Source: Elsinoe ampelina
Taxonomy: Eukaryota
Reading direction: 5' to 3'
Assembly (NCBI GenBank): GCA_010093995.1
Contig: ML992511.1
Span: 357,917-421,916 of the forward strand
Length of the DNA: 64,000 nt
Positions 1 to 13,022 of the stretch are shown in pieces. How positions within the stretch are numbered: the first letter of the stretch is position 1; each line of letters starts with the position of its first letter. The notes under the pieces were generated by a model. It saw only the letters and a list, made by a program, of their open reading frames with translations, was not told the origin of the DNA and made no database searches. The position numbers were made by a program, and so were the translations under genes.

Positions 1-676
1 GCGAGCCACTTTGGGCTTTCCTGTCCTGCGAGCAAAAGGCCAACGGCTTGTAGTGCTCCAAACATACCGGCAGCTGCCAGGATCATTCGCCAGGATTGAC
101 CTTTGCTCAAGAAAAGCCCCAACACTTGTGTAGTAAGGATGCCAACATTCGTCATGACTTGCGTGAATGCACCAAAGAAACCCTTCTCTTTCGGCGGTGA
201 CAGCTCCGAGATATATATGGGCACAACTACCAGGGCAGCTCCAGCTCCTATTCCACTGATAAAGCGTCCAACGGTGAAAGTACCAATGTTCATCGTGAGA
301 GCTTCAAAGACCGGTCCAAGAATGTGGAAGACGGTTGTGCCGAGCATCGTCTTATATCTTCCGTAGCTAGCGGACAGGGGGCCAGCACCCAATGCTCCAC
401 ATAGACCACCTAGAGTGAAGATCGAGGAGACGAGCCCTACTTCCGCCGAAGTCATTGGTATGCATTGCGGAAGATTCGCGTCCACCCCTGTAGCTGCTCG
501 GGTTCGACATGTGATGACTGCGATAGGTGCGTTGAGTTCGGACTGCCCAAGCTTATGAGTGAAGCTCTCCCTAGCAATGACATAAGACCTACCAGGTGAT
601 AACCAAACAAGAATGGCCCTATGGTCGCGATCAAGAGCACGAAGACGAAGTACAGCGTGATATCCTTGAGTGCCAT
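1..676 (-). CDS. MFS sugar-porter family transporter (Vps73-like), 5' part; runs off the left edge
   Basis: ATG at 676 gives MALKDITLYFVFVLLIATIGPFLFGYHL. After a GT-AG intron (592-543) the frame reads SELNAP...GLVSSIFTLGGLCGALGAG...GRFISGIGAGAALVVVPIYISELSPPKEKGFFG...QESPKWL, carrying the sugar-porter motifs GR..G.G.G, P.YISE.SP and ESPKWL. Confidence 0.85.
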
Positions 677-1055
677 GGTCGCTGGTAGTGCTGAGTCAAG
701 GACAAACACGAAGATTGAGGGTGCAGTCACGATCGACCTCTAGTCGAATCATGCGGATTGCAAGGACAGGGATATCCAAGGTGACAGAAAGGTAACAGCA
801 TTGTGACGCCGTTGGATGAGGGGGTTGAGCGGCTGTTTTCCCAAACAGGAAATGCCGCGCATCTCTAACCTCATCCGCCGGTCGATGTCCACAGCGGGCA
901 TAAACAAACGACGATAATTCGCATGCTGCCACACGTCATGGATATACTTCCAACTCGGACAAAATAAATCTTGTATCACTGTATAGCTATTGTGGAATCG
1001 AGTGGGTCATTATGGTTCATGACATCTACATCCTTGACCACCCACTCGGTCCGTG

Positions 1056-2616
1056 ATGCTTTCGACACATTCTAACCCATCCTCCGCTCCTGGTAGTGCT
1101 TCTGCAGCGGGATTGAATGCTCCCTCCGCGGCATTCCCTCCGCGTCAGCAGAGTTCAAATTTATCGATCTCTACAAGTGCCGCTGATGGACCGAAGGCTG
1201 TTTTCCAAGGTCAGTCAAAGACCACCACTGCTCGTTCTCCAGCAATGATCGAGAACTGAGAAGATATCTAGCTGAGCTCAAGGAAACCGCAATGACGACT
1301 CCGTATCCGAACCAACGACATATCGGGGATCACTACGATGTCGTCGGGTTCATTAGCAGTGGTACCTATGGTCGGGTCTACAAAGCAAAGGCACGTGGTT
1401 CCACGGGGAAGAGCCTTCCGGCCAGCAATCCGGATCGCAAAGAAATCAGGACAGAGGTCTATGCGATCAAAAAGTATGTGCCATACGCCTAGGTATCTGG
1501 TCCTATGACTGACTCGGCATCAGATTCAAGCCAGATAAGGAAGGCGAATTGCAGTATACTGGCATCTCACAATCAGCCATTCGAGAAATGGCATTGTGTA
1601 CGGAACTATCACACGAAAACGTCATTCACCTGGTTGAGATCATCCTCGAGTCCAAGTGCATCTTCATGATCTTCGAATACGCCGAGCACGATCTTCTGCA
1701 GATTGTCCATTGGCATACACAGCATCCGAGGACTCCGATAGCAGCGTCAGCGCTTCGATCGATAATGTATCAGCTGCTAGATGGTCTCTTGTACCTGCAT
1801 CGCAATTGGGTCATGCACAGGGACCTCAAGCCAGCCAATATCATGGTTACTTGGTCTGGACGGATCAAGATTGGCGACTTGGGTCTCGCTCGACTGTTTC
1901 AGAAGCCTTTACAACCTCTGTTCAGCGGGGACAAGGTCGTTGTGACCATCTGGTATCGAGCTCCAGAGCTCCTTCTCGGCACTCGTCACTATACCCCAGC
2001 CATTGATCTGTGGGCAGTGGGTTGCATCTTTGCAGAGCTCATGAGTCTGCGTCCTATATTCAAAGGAGAGGAGGCCAAACAAGATAGCAAGAAGACTGTC
2101 CCTTTCCAACGGAATCAGATGTGCAAGATTGCAGAGATCTTGGGCTTGCCACGTAAGGAGAGCTGGCCTCTACTAACTTCCTTGCCCGAGTATGGCCAAC
2201 TTAGCTCGCTGGCAGCGGCCAATGCAAATGTGGCCCGCCCAACTGGTATAGACCGATGGTGGGAGAACATCACTAAGAGCAACAACTATTCCAGCTCTTC
2301 CGCGGCTGTCATGAATACCGGACCTCCTCCGCATAAGAATGGACTGGCACTTCTTAAAATATTGCTGGAGTACGACCCTCTCAAACGTATTACTGCCGAG
2401 CAAGCTCTAGAACATGCTTTCTTCCAGATGGACGAAGAAGGCAATCCTGCTCGCCCGAACAGCAATTGCTTTGAAGGTATAGAATGCAAGTATCCAGCGC
2501 GCAAGGTCAGCAATGAGGACAATGATATCCGCACAAGCAGCCTCCCAGGCACCAAGCGGAGCGGCCTTCCTGACGATTCATTATTGAGAACGACCAAACG
2601 ACTGAAGGAGGTTTGA
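1056..2616 (+). CDS. SSN3: Mediator CDK8-type cyclin-dependent kinase
   Basis: Exons 1056-1209, 1272-1473 and 1524-2616 join in frame. Motifs: GFISSGTYGRVYKA, YAIKKFKPDKEGE, the cyclin-binding helix SQSAIRE, HRDLKPAN, DLGLARLF and VVTIWYRAPELLLG. The first exon is less certain. Confidence 0.95.
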
Positions 2617-4985
2617 GTAACATCTGATTTCCACATTTGAGAGATTGCCATGTGCACTTCGCTATGCATTACGACAACCGCGTGGAAATTCTGAGAACGC
2701 ACGGGGCGTACATCTCCGTTATGGCACGGCCTGCAGCCTTCGTGATTGTCGATTTGTGCCTCGGCACTGAAAGTGCGTGGAGATTGGTGAGCGCCTTCAG
2801 AATGGGGAGGATACAGTATCTGAGCGACCCACTTACCTTCAGACCTGGCAGGACTCAGGTGCACCTTGTGTCGATCTCCAATGTCCTTCTGACGCTTTTC
2901 AAAGACCGTACAATGAGCCGCCAAATAGTTACTTGCGGGTACGGTAATCCGGAGCAGGTCTGGACGACTTCGCTTTGGGGGAATGCCGTTGGCTTCATTG
3001 GTGGTATTCAACACTAACAATGGCTACTACTCTACGAGGACGGCAAACTGAATCTAGACCGAAGTGAAACACTGCAATGCCTTCATGAAACATTAAATTC
3101 AAGCGGACCACTCGAATTGCCACGACATCACTACCAAACTCTACCAGTGGGAAATTTGCATCTGCCAGAATCTCCCGGAGATGCGATCAGTTGGACTTTC
3201 TGCATTTCAGGTTCATGATTGGTCGACCATTGTTTCGAGATCTGTACAAGTAGAAAATTCCAATGTGTCAGGTAAACCACACACGATCGACAGCAAGCCT
3301 AGTGAGCTCATCAAGCGAGGAGCTATGACAGATAATATTCATGGTTCGAGGACGCCACGAGTAAGTTTGCCAACCTTCCAGATGGGCAGTGGCCATCGAA
3401 CTGTTCCACCACTTGACGGGCTTTCCCTTATTTGTGAACCGTGGTAGTATGAAGCGGCCCGTCTACCGAACAACAAACTTTCCATGCTGAACTCACACGA
3501 CTCACTTTCGACGGTCGAGCCCCGGAATTACAGGCATGGCTACGCTGATCATGAAAAGGTGAGCTTGGGCGACGACCTGGATACTCGTAAGCCATCAGTG
3601 GCAATACCTTGGGGTGGTGGCACACAAGGACATGATAGACGATGCAAGCACCCGGCCGATATGTGTCATCTGGCGAGCGAGAGGAAGTGAAAACAAGCCA
3701 CAATGATCTACGGCACGCGATGCCGCGTGTGCTTTGCGGTACTACCACTACGTGGCACGATAGCACGTGGCAATGAGCAAGGGCGTTGTTGAGCTGTGTG
3801 CTCCACTAGTACTGCACAAAAATGGCGGAGCCTGGCTGCACATGGTCACGACAGGCAGGGGGTCCCCGTCGATCTAAATGCCGAGTGGCTGTTGATCTCG
3901 CCGATGGAAACACGCCTTCGTCCTGATCCTCGAGCTCCACTCGAGTCAGATACATTCTAACGGCAACCATGTTAGGGAACACAGCTGCTAGATGCGGAAT
4001 CAAGCTCCCCGCTTGCTTGTACCAGGCATGCCTGTCTTGCCCGCATCAACACCGTCAGGCATTCACGGCAAGTTACTAGCGTTTATGCGCCTCATCTCAC
4101 CCAACGACGCCTCTTTACACCGGCCAGGATCTAAACATCGCTACCAAAGCCATTGGCACTCGTAACCCAGTCTAGACACGTTGAGGTCACGCACTCTCAA
4201 TTTCGAAGAATCGGGCCAACGTCTCCCGTACCTGAAGTCTGCCCGCATCGATCACAACACTTGCCAAAGCTCTGATTACTTTTCGGCAAGCAAGCATGGT
4301 GAATGCAAGGACACCGGCAACGAACTCGTGGTAGTCTCAAAGCTAAAATACTCAGCCAATCCAATGCCGGGGACCTCAAGAGAACAGGTGCGCACGCCCC
4401 ACGGTCTCTGACGAGCTCGATTCTGCTTGGCTCGCATGATCTGCCTATTAATAATGCCCTGCTCGTTTATCGTGGGAGTCGGGACTACAGACAAAGAAGG
4501 GACCCGTCGGCGTTTCCAGCTACCACTTTACGCCCGCCCTTGCATTTCATCGTGCCAGTCGCCGCTCAGACCCAATAACCAGGCGGACCTGGCACCGTCG
4601 CCCGATTCCCATTGGACTCGTCTTCCTCTTCTACTTCCAACTCCGAAGACTCCCCTTCCTCTTCACTCACCGTGACCGTTTGATTTCAAGCACGCTGAGA
4701 CGCAAGCGGCACTGCCTCGCTCAACCAGTGGCAGCTCCCGCCGTTACGCAATCGAGGGCCCGTCTTGTCTGTTTAGCTCTAGGTTACCCGTTGTAACTTC
4801 AAGCACATCGAACCTACCAGTCGACTGGTCGAGCTCCTGAACTCCCGAACACATCGATCAACACCGTTTGATCTGCGGCCAGTCATCTGTGCGGTTTCTC
4901 CCCACTTTGAGTCTTTTGTCGCTCTCGCACCTGGCTATCTCTTCGTCCTCTCCGGTCTGGCGACTGGATGGCCCTGCGTACCATC

Positions 4986-6259
4986 ATGTGTTTCGGCAGC
5001 TCCAAAGGAGACGCAGACCCGGACAACAAGCGAAATGCTGATATAGAGAAACAACTCCGCAACGACCAGAGACGAAATGCCCAAGAAGTCAAAATACTTT
5101 TGCTCGGTATGGTTCGCAAAGCCCTAGTGAGCTAGGACATGGACTAATGCTCGACACAGGTGCGGGGGAGTCTGGAAAGAGTACCATTTTGAAGCAGATG
5201 CGACTGATCCACAATGCTGGCTTCACTCCGACAGAACGAAAACAATGGAAGGTGACCATCTTTAGCAATCTCATGCACGCATTTCAATGCATCAGTGGTT
5301 GCATGGAAGAGCATGAGGTCGATTTTGAGCAATCAGAGAACTTGGTACGTGTAGCGCGCGATCAATTCTACCTGTACTGACCGTGTGATTCAAGAAATAC
5401 ATGGAATTTGTTTGCAAGGATGTCGAGATCGGTCCAGACGATCCCATGCCTGCGGACTATCAGAAAGCTTTCCAGAGCCTGTGGGAGGACGACGGCGTCC
5501 AGACTGCGATCACAAAGGGCCACGAATACGCCCTCCACGACAACCTTGACTAGTGAGTGCGCTCAGGATGAGTGAAGGGCTGGCATACTGATGAGATCAG
5601 CTATCTCAAGCACATCGACCGTCTCTTTGGCAAGGACTACCAGCCAGATAACCAGGATATTCTACGAGCACGACTACGAACGACAGGTATCTCCGAGACG
5701 CTATTCGAGACAGGCCGACTTACCTACCGGATGTTCGATGTGGGTGGTCAGCGATCAGAGCGCAAGAAGTGGATACACGTGTTCGACAATGTGCAGGTGG
5801 TGCTGTTCTTGGTCGCTGTGAGCGGTTTTGATCACGTACTGGTAGAGGACAGAAACGGGGTGAGCAAGAGTCGTGAGAACAATATACTGCAGGGATGCTG
5901 ACGAGTGCAAGAACCAAATGCAAGAGGCTCTCATGCTTTTCGAATCCATCAGCAACAGCAAATACTTCGACCGAGCTGGTCTTGTGCTCTTCCTCAACAA
6001 GATGGATCTGTTCACAGACAAGGTCTTCAACGGCAAGGCCAGCATTGCAGACTTCTTTCCGGACTACCGGGGAGGCGCGAAGGATGTCGAGGCAGGGGCA
6101 CGTTTCTTTGCCGACAAATTCAAGAATCTAGTACGAAGCCCAACCAAGGAGGTGTATGTGCACTACACCAATGCCACAGACACCAACCTACTGGACAAGA
6201 CGATGAAGAGCGTTCAAGACATGATCGTGCAACGGAATCTTCACTCTCTGATGCTATAG
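4986..6259 (+). CDS. Heterotrimeric G-protein alpha subunit, fungal class II (GNA-2/GanA-like)
   Basis: Exons 4986-5106, 5160-5344, 5395-5552, 5601-5859 and 5912-6259. The MCFG N-terminus has no Gly2 myristoylation site, as in class II. Motifs: [38 protein letters not shown] and TNATDT. Confidence 0.95.
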
Positions 6260-7184
6260 TTGCGTACACCATTTTCACGATACCCCCAGTTACGACCCCA
6301 CGAATCGAGAGCTCTTCGGCCCGCCCGTTTGTCTCACTTTGATCCTTTTAGGAATCAACGCCGCCCGCGAGTTACCAATCTCATTCAATAGTCTCGAAAC
6401 ACATGTCCATAGCCTTGAGCTACACTGATCTGGACCCCACAATTTGTCACGAAACAATCAATCATCATGCAGCGCATCCGGACACGATGTAGCCCCATCA
6501 TTATCTACAACGTTGATCTGCACCACGATATCCCTTTGGTCTAAACACGAACATTGTTGGGAAGCCCCGGATCTGATCTCAAGCTATCTTCCGACACGAT
6601 CCTTCTATTCAGGTCGTCGCCTCCTCTCTGCGCCATACTCAACGTAACTACACGAAAACACTCGACCTGGCCACAAAACTTGCAAGTCTTCCATAGCTTT
6701 GGCGCTGGGCAGCGATAGATGACACATTTTTCTTGGGTGGTAGGGTAACCTCAGTCTATACAGTAATGAACCAAAATGTTAACATTCCACACTGCGCTTG
6801 AGCCATCATGTTGCATTGGAGACAGTAGCCCCACGAGCTCTGTTTCTGCATTGCATAATGGATGGCATGTGGAGTCTGGTTATAATTGATTTCTGCGTGG
6901 TAAAGAGAACCTTGATTGAAGAATATCAAGTCTTCCATGGTTCTGCATGCGAGGCTCACTCGCGGTGCGGGCCACTGCGGCTCTTCGCCAGACGTCACAG
7001 CTGTCTTTATGAAATCAAAGTCACCTCTCCCATCGCTTCAAGCTTCTACCCAAGCAGATGACTTCGCATTCCTCTTGTTTGCTCGCTTCCAGCATGTCAT
7101 AGCATTGGACTGATAGAGGGTGTGCATCTCTCAACACAACGACCGTCTGCCGGCTACACCGAGCTACGGCTCTGCTCTGTGGAC

Positions 7185-8028
7185 ATGCTCGCTTCAGGCT
7201 TCAGTAATGCCCCCATCTCGCGGACATTGCTTGTTCTGGTGGTAGTCTCCTCGATCCTCGCCAGTCTGACAGACACGAAATACTACTTTTGGATCGCCGT
7301 CAAGCCTCATCTCCGCGACTACCACCAATGGTGGAGACTCCTCACGTGGCAGCTATGCTACACCAATTCTACCGAGGTCCTGTTCGCGGCAATGACACTT
7401 TACCAATTACGAGTGATTGAGCGGCTATGGGGTACACGCAAGTTTGGTGTAAGTCGTGGGCTTGTAGCTGCAGTGTTTGACCGTCTGACAAGAGCAGTCC
7501 TTCCTTCTGTCGACCCTGCCGTATACCACCCTCCTCCCTCCCCTCTTTCTGGCGCTGATCCTCCGACCACTTTCCTTCTCGCGCATCAACTACCTTCCAG
7601 CTGGTCCCACGCCGATCGTCTTCGCTCTGCTCGCGCAGTACCACGCCGCCATCCCCTACCTCTACAAGTACCAAGTCTCGGCCACCGATTCTCCTTCATC
7701 ATCACTTATGCTCACCTCGAAATCGACCTCCTACCTCTTACCAGCACAACTGGCCCTGAGTCAGTTCCCTGGATCCGCGATCGGAGCGGTATTGGGATGG
7801 TGCATTGGATATGCGTACAGGAGGGAGCTACTGCCCGGTGCAGCTTCGTGGAGACTACCTGATTGGGAGGGCAAGAGGGCGGAAAGAGAGAGATTCGAGG
7901 GTCTGAGAAGGAGGATGGAAGGGGACGCTGCGAGCGCAAGCGGTGTGGACACTGGCACTGCAGCTGGTGGTGAGAGGAGGAGGGGGGTTGCAAGGGCAAT
8001 ATTGGACCAATTCAGAGGAGCATTCTGA
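7185..8028 (+). CDS. DSC2: Rhomboid-pseudoprotease subunit of the Dsc E3 ligase (Dsc2/DscB, UBAC2-like)
   Basis: Exons 7185-7448 and 7498-8028. Reads MLASGFSNAPISR...QWWRLLTWQLCYTNSTEVLFAAMTLYQLRVIERLWGTRKF, then YLPAGPTPIVFALLAQYHAAIP and SKSTSYLLPAQLALSQFPGS. Confidence 0.8.
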
Positions 8029-9262
8029 GGGCAAGCGACCTTCACAAACTAAGAGCACGGAGTACGGAATACTGGCATATCTGTCACACATTGATGACGT
8101 CTTTTGCTCAGATGAAATCGCGAATCACCCCGGAACCCGGTACAACGGATCGCAGAATGTGGCTGCCTGTCAGCCAAGAGCGAAGTATGGCTGAGATGAC
8201 TCCCAACCAAGTCAACATTGATGCCTCGGATATGGCCACCTGGCATCAGCCAGATATACTGTGCACCGTCTCGGAATCATGTCGACTACACTCTCACGAT
8301 GCCGCCCCCTCGCCGACCTACCAAGCCGAAATCCTATACTTGCGCCTCTATCCTGCGCATGCTTCTCGCATTACGCTTGCCGCTGTTCGGTACTGCATGA
8401 ATCAATCACCAGAAAGTACAGCCTGGATAGCAGCATTCGAGCTTTGCAATGGCACAACCTCGCAAGGCAGGTCTCCATAAATTAGCACTTCTGGCGTTAA
8501 TGTTCCTGCTCGTTGGCTGCACAGTGGCCGCAACAATAGATCAAGAGATGCTCCGAAGTCATCTACCTACAATCAGTCTCGACTTGTCTGGTAATTACCA
8601 CCACGAGAGAAGCCCGCTGGCCTTGTTCCCATCACCGACGATGTCTAGTGAGCTTATACCGGCAATCGGCTCTTTGGGTGACGCAGTCGAACCGACCTAC
8701 CGGGTGCGACAGGATGTAGCTTTCAATTTACGATTCTCAATCACTTGGGATGCTGCATCCTGAACATGATGGGACGAAGGACCCGGGCCAGCGGACAGGG
8801 ATGTGAATGTGGCGTTTTGGAGGAAATTGATTGGGCATCATCCAAGCGCCGCTAGCGGGACCGGAGGATGCGGAGTGTGATGGAGGACGGCATGGGTCTG
8901 TCTAGCCCTGACAATGCTGCCGTGTCTGTGAGATCCTCAATTGCTACAGAGACAATTCGCATGCTTCATCATTTGCTTCACACATGCCCTCATGTGCTAG
9001 ATCTGCGTACGGACATGTGAACGTGGAATGAGCAATTCGAGTCAGTGATCGGCCATCACCCAGCCATTTTTGTATTCACTTGCAAACACGAGCCAGAGCT
9101 TCCCCGGACTTTTTTCCATTCACTGGAGGTGCGTCGTTCTTCACGACCAACGGCTCTTCGACTTTTCATTGCTTGGAGACGTGGCCATGGAGGGACGCTG
9201 ATTAGGGTTCAAAAGCAAGGCGTCCTCTTTTTGTAAAGACATCACCAGCAGTAATCAAGAAA

Positions 9263-11158
9263 ATGGCAACCCAGCGAGCCTTCGACGCGATGGCGGCGCC
9301 GCATTCACCAGCGACCTCTCAAATACTCACTGAACGACTTCAAGCCCGCCGCATGGATTCAAGAAAGACGAGACGTCGGACCGACTTTGGGCCTATCCGA
9401 CCAGCTGGCGACGACGACGACATTTTTATGGCAGAGGCAGAAGCATCGAGCGTCCTTGGCGACCACTCCTTTGCTTCGAGCAGGAGATCTCATGCTGGTA
9501 CCACCAGACCAACTGCAAATACCGTCACTAAAACCAGAGCACCTGGTCTCAAAGAGATGGATGATAAGCTGCAGAGACTGGAGAAGCAGAACTTTGATCT
9601 GAAGATGGAGGTGTTCCACAGGAGAGAAAGAGAGGAGAAATTACATGATCAGCTGCGGAAGATGCACGATCAGGTTCTACTTGCACAGAAGATACAGAAA
9701 GAGCACGCTACATTACTTGAGCTGAACGGCGAGCTCGTCGAGGAGCTCGACAAGGCAAACGAGGCAGTCGATCAGGCTGTTCAAATGATCTGCGACCTGG
9801 AGAACAAGGTGGAAATGCTAGAGACCAAGTCGAGGCTACCTTCCTCGCATTCCGACTCTGGGTACGGCGACTCGACAGCTGCCACGACTGTCACACCACC
9901 GACTCCACCACCTCACCAACGACTAGGGCCGGAGAGCTCGCCTGTGGTCAGGTCGCGGCCAAAGGTAGCCAATCAAAGCGACAGACCACACAAACGTGTC
10001 CCAAGCTTCATGAGTGATACTGGGTCCAACACCTTGGCTCTTAGGGAGGCCTATATTGGGACTACCAGGAATCTCCGCCAAGCTATGAGCTTTGTGTCTA
10101 TTCTTTCAGACGAGACTGCAAAGGAGACGATCAATGAGTTGAACTCACCAAGACTCAGTCTGCTCAGTGAGAACAGCTTTCCGAGTGGTTACGATCTCAA
10201 CAGTACCGAGTTGGAAGCTACCAATGACGCGCCAGTCAGCACCAAGGGTGACTCGTTCATAGACGAAAGGCCGTCAAGGAACTACCGTGAAGACAGTGTC
10301 AAGAAGGTCAGCAAGTGGGTTCAGCAAGGTGGTGGGGAGATTGCTACTCAGCCAAGATTCTTGGCTGGGTCAAGTACATTTCAAGAAGACAGCACGGACG
10401 AGAGCCGACGGACATCTGCAGCATCAAGTGATGTCGAATCTGGCTTTGTCGGTTATCCTGATGGGGCCTCAATCATTCGAGGTACCCCTTCGAGGTTCAA
10501 GGAGCAGAGCGGCGTCCCTCAGCCAATCACTGCGGCCCATGGCCAAACGACGCCCCAACAGAACTACCACAGACGCAAATCGAGTGCGGAGGTATACCTG
10601 CATAATAGTGTGAACGAGCGCCCGCAGTATGCTCGAGCAGAGACCAGCCCAATCGTTGAGGACAGCCAAGAGGCAGACAGGCAAGACTGGCCACTCACCG
10701 ACCAACCCCGTCAAGACTCAGTCCAGTACGACAGAGGCACAACACCTACCAAGTCTCACGCAACACGTAGGAACAGCACACGTGCATCCTTAGCCGCCAG
10801 AACACAACGATTCTGGGGCAGACTAAGTACCGGAGCGAGGGACTCCACCTCCCCACCACCCAAGCCCAGAATCGAGAACAGACGGCCCCTCACCAAGAGC
10901 ATGACCGCAGCCGACATCTCCCACCAGCCCCTCGAGACATCCGAGCAGTTCCCCGGCCAGATGTCGCCAGGGTTCGTGGGTATGCACTACGCCAACCCCA
11001 CGAAAGCGTCGTCGAGGAGACGGTCTGCGGATGTTGGGGGGCAGCGGCAAAGGGTCCCGACGATGAGTAAGAATGGGGCCCAGGCTGCTTGGGAGAGTAA
11101 GGCTGTTAGGACGGAGAGGCAGGAGGGGAGGGAGAGGGAGAGGACATGGAGAGCGTAG
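9263..11158 (+). CDS. Protein with a centrosomin CM1 (Cnn_1N)-like motif and coiled coil, followed by a long low-complexity tail
   Basis: Single 631-aa ORF. GLKEMDDKLQRLEKQNFDLKMEVFHRRER matches the CM1 pattern (L.E....L..L.K.NF.LK....). The remainder is S/T/P/R-rich. Confidence 0.7.
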   Translation: MATQRAFDAMAAPHSPATSQILTERLQARRMDSRKTRRRTDFGPIRPAGDDDDIFMAEAEASSVLGDHSFASSRRSHAGTTRPTANTVTKTRAPGLKEMDDKLQRLEKQNFDLKMEVFHRREREEKLHDQLRKMHDQVLLAQKIQKEHATLLELNGELVEELDKANEAVDQAVQMICDLENKVEMLETKSRLPSSHSDSGYGDSTAATTVTPPTPPPHQRLGPESSPVVRSRPKVANQSDRPHKRVPSFMSDTGSNTLALREAYIGTTRNLRQAMSFVSILSDETAKETINELNSPRLSLLSENSFPSGYDLNSTELEATNDAPVSTKGDSFIDERPSRNYREDSVKKVSKWVQQGGGEIATQPRFLAGSSTFQEDSTDESRRTSAASSDVESGFVGYPDGASIIRGTPSRFKEQSGVPQPITAAHGQTTPQQNYHRRKSSAEVYLHNSVNERPQYARAETSPIVEDSQEADRQDWPLTDQPRQDSVQYDRGTTPTKSHATRRNSTRASLAARTQRFWGRLSTGARDSTSPPPKPRIENRRPLTKSMTAADISHQPLETSEQFPGQMSPGFVGMHYANPTKASSRRRSADVGGQRQRVPTMSKNGAQAAWESKAVRTERQEGRERERTWRA

Positions 11159-13022
11159 AATGACTGGAACGGGTGGGTGGAGAGGGGGACTTACTGTTTG
11201 TTTGCTTGATGCTACGGAGAAGCAGCGCCAACGCGAAGAGCGAAAGGTCCTTGCTGGACGGAGGACGGACAGCGGACAGGGATAGGCATGGCAAGGTCGG
11301 TACTATTGCTTATCGGACTGGTAGTACCCAGTCGTCGAAGTTCAACATATTCATCGGAAAATTTCACAACGAAGTCTTATCAGAAAATCTGTTTCAGCGG
11401 CCCATTTTCTCTCTTCTCTGCATCCTGATAGGTCGACTATGGCTGTCGTCATGTCGTGAGCCGCCTTGACGATTATCTCGGAATGATTGCCAGGATCACA
11501 TTTCGAGTGATTTTGCGTTGACATGGATAGTGCGGACGACGTCGAGGTAGACTTTTTTTTATGGGGGTGTTTATGCAGAGGTGGAAGTAGAGGAATAGAT
11601 TAATGGTTGACGGCACCGGGTCGTCCTAGCGTGCTCAGAGGATCTCCGACGCTGGCGATAGAGGTGCCAAGCTTTTTGCGCTTTCACGTCGACTTCTGGT
11701 CATGGTTTCGTTTTCACTTTACATTGACTTGCGTTTGACAACATTCGAGCAGCACGATCGTTTGCGAGCTATCAGCATCCCATAGGTACTCGAGCAACAG
11801 TCTCTACCGGCCTATGGGCATCGGCTTTGTGATCCCCTGTCATGTATTCCCTGCATCAAAAGCTTGCACGGTCACGACAGGGAGTCGGCCCGCATGTCGA
11901 TCATGACCACACAAGCACAACACATGTCCCGAAGTAGCAGCAAATTTCAGGAACAGGACAGATCTTCTCGCCCACTGTACACGTCCGTCGCTCCACTCAT
12001 TCAAGCTCATCGTTCCCTAGCGTCCGAGATATGTCCTGCTGGTTCGTCCCTGGTCGTTCAACCAGTCGCCATGCTTCTCTGTCACGCCCTCAACGCCACA
12101 CGCGGCGGCCCTACTGCACCTCATACCTTGACGTCCGTACTGATGTCAGGGATGTACCGTATCCGTTGACTACCGCTGTGGCTCATCCGGACTCGTCAGC
12201 GAAATCACTGCACTTCAAGGATTGCGAGACGTCATCTGCCATATGTGTCTGCTTTGCCGTGGACGTCGGACTTTGCTGGTGGGTCGGAAAGTCCTGATTT
12301 ATCGACATTTCTGGGTCCTCAACTATCAGCAAGGCAATATGGAGCCTTTGCACGTCATCTTTGTCGTACATTTGGGACAAAGTCGACATGCATGGGGCAG
12401 TATGCTTTGCGCGATGCCGTCTGCGGTGCAGGACATGCCATGCAAGTACCACGTCCTGTCGACCACGACCTCTACTCCCCTGCAAGCGAAGTACCAAAGT
12501 CCGACGGTACCTACCGAGTACCCACGTGCAAACAGGGCAGACGTTGATGATCTGGTGGCGTGCCTTCCAGATTTTGACAGCTGCACCTGCATGCCATCTG
12601 GTTGTACATCACCCCAAGCAATATAGTGGGCTCGGCATACTTCCACCGTCTATCCCCAGCCGCCGATACGATCATGCTGTGGTTTACCAGGCAGGCCTGT
12701 CCACCTGAGATGTTATCTCCCAACCCACTTTAACATACCTTTCCCAACCACATCCCTCGCAGGTTGAGAGAATAGCCCCCGCATCATGAGGAGTTTGCCT
12801 GCCGTGTCCCTCGCTATTAGAAACATGAGTATATCCACTTTGACACTTCCTTCCCTGTCCTTGTTTCCACTCTCCATCCTACCTCTCATATCATCCCCGC
12901 ATCGATAGCCTGCTCGTCTCAGACGACGAAGGCACTCCACAACAAGGACTGTCATTCGCTTGATCAGCTCCGTCAGCCACTCTATTAGACTATCACGTCT
13001 TTGCTATATACCCCCCCGAACC

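Noticed and set aside
2286..3020. 244-aa minus-strand ORF and the overlapping 126-aa plus-strand ORF
   Set aside because: The longer ORF is partly antisense to SSN3, and neither has a recognisable motif. Both are probably shadow ORFs.
4968..4988. In-frame upstream ATG adding MALRTI to the G-alpha
   Set aside because: MCFG is the typical class II start, and there is no evidence the upstream codon is used.
11864..12955. Cluster of short overlapping ORFs upstream of AGS1
   Set aside because: There are no motifs or consistent splice model, so this is likely promoter or intergenic DNA.
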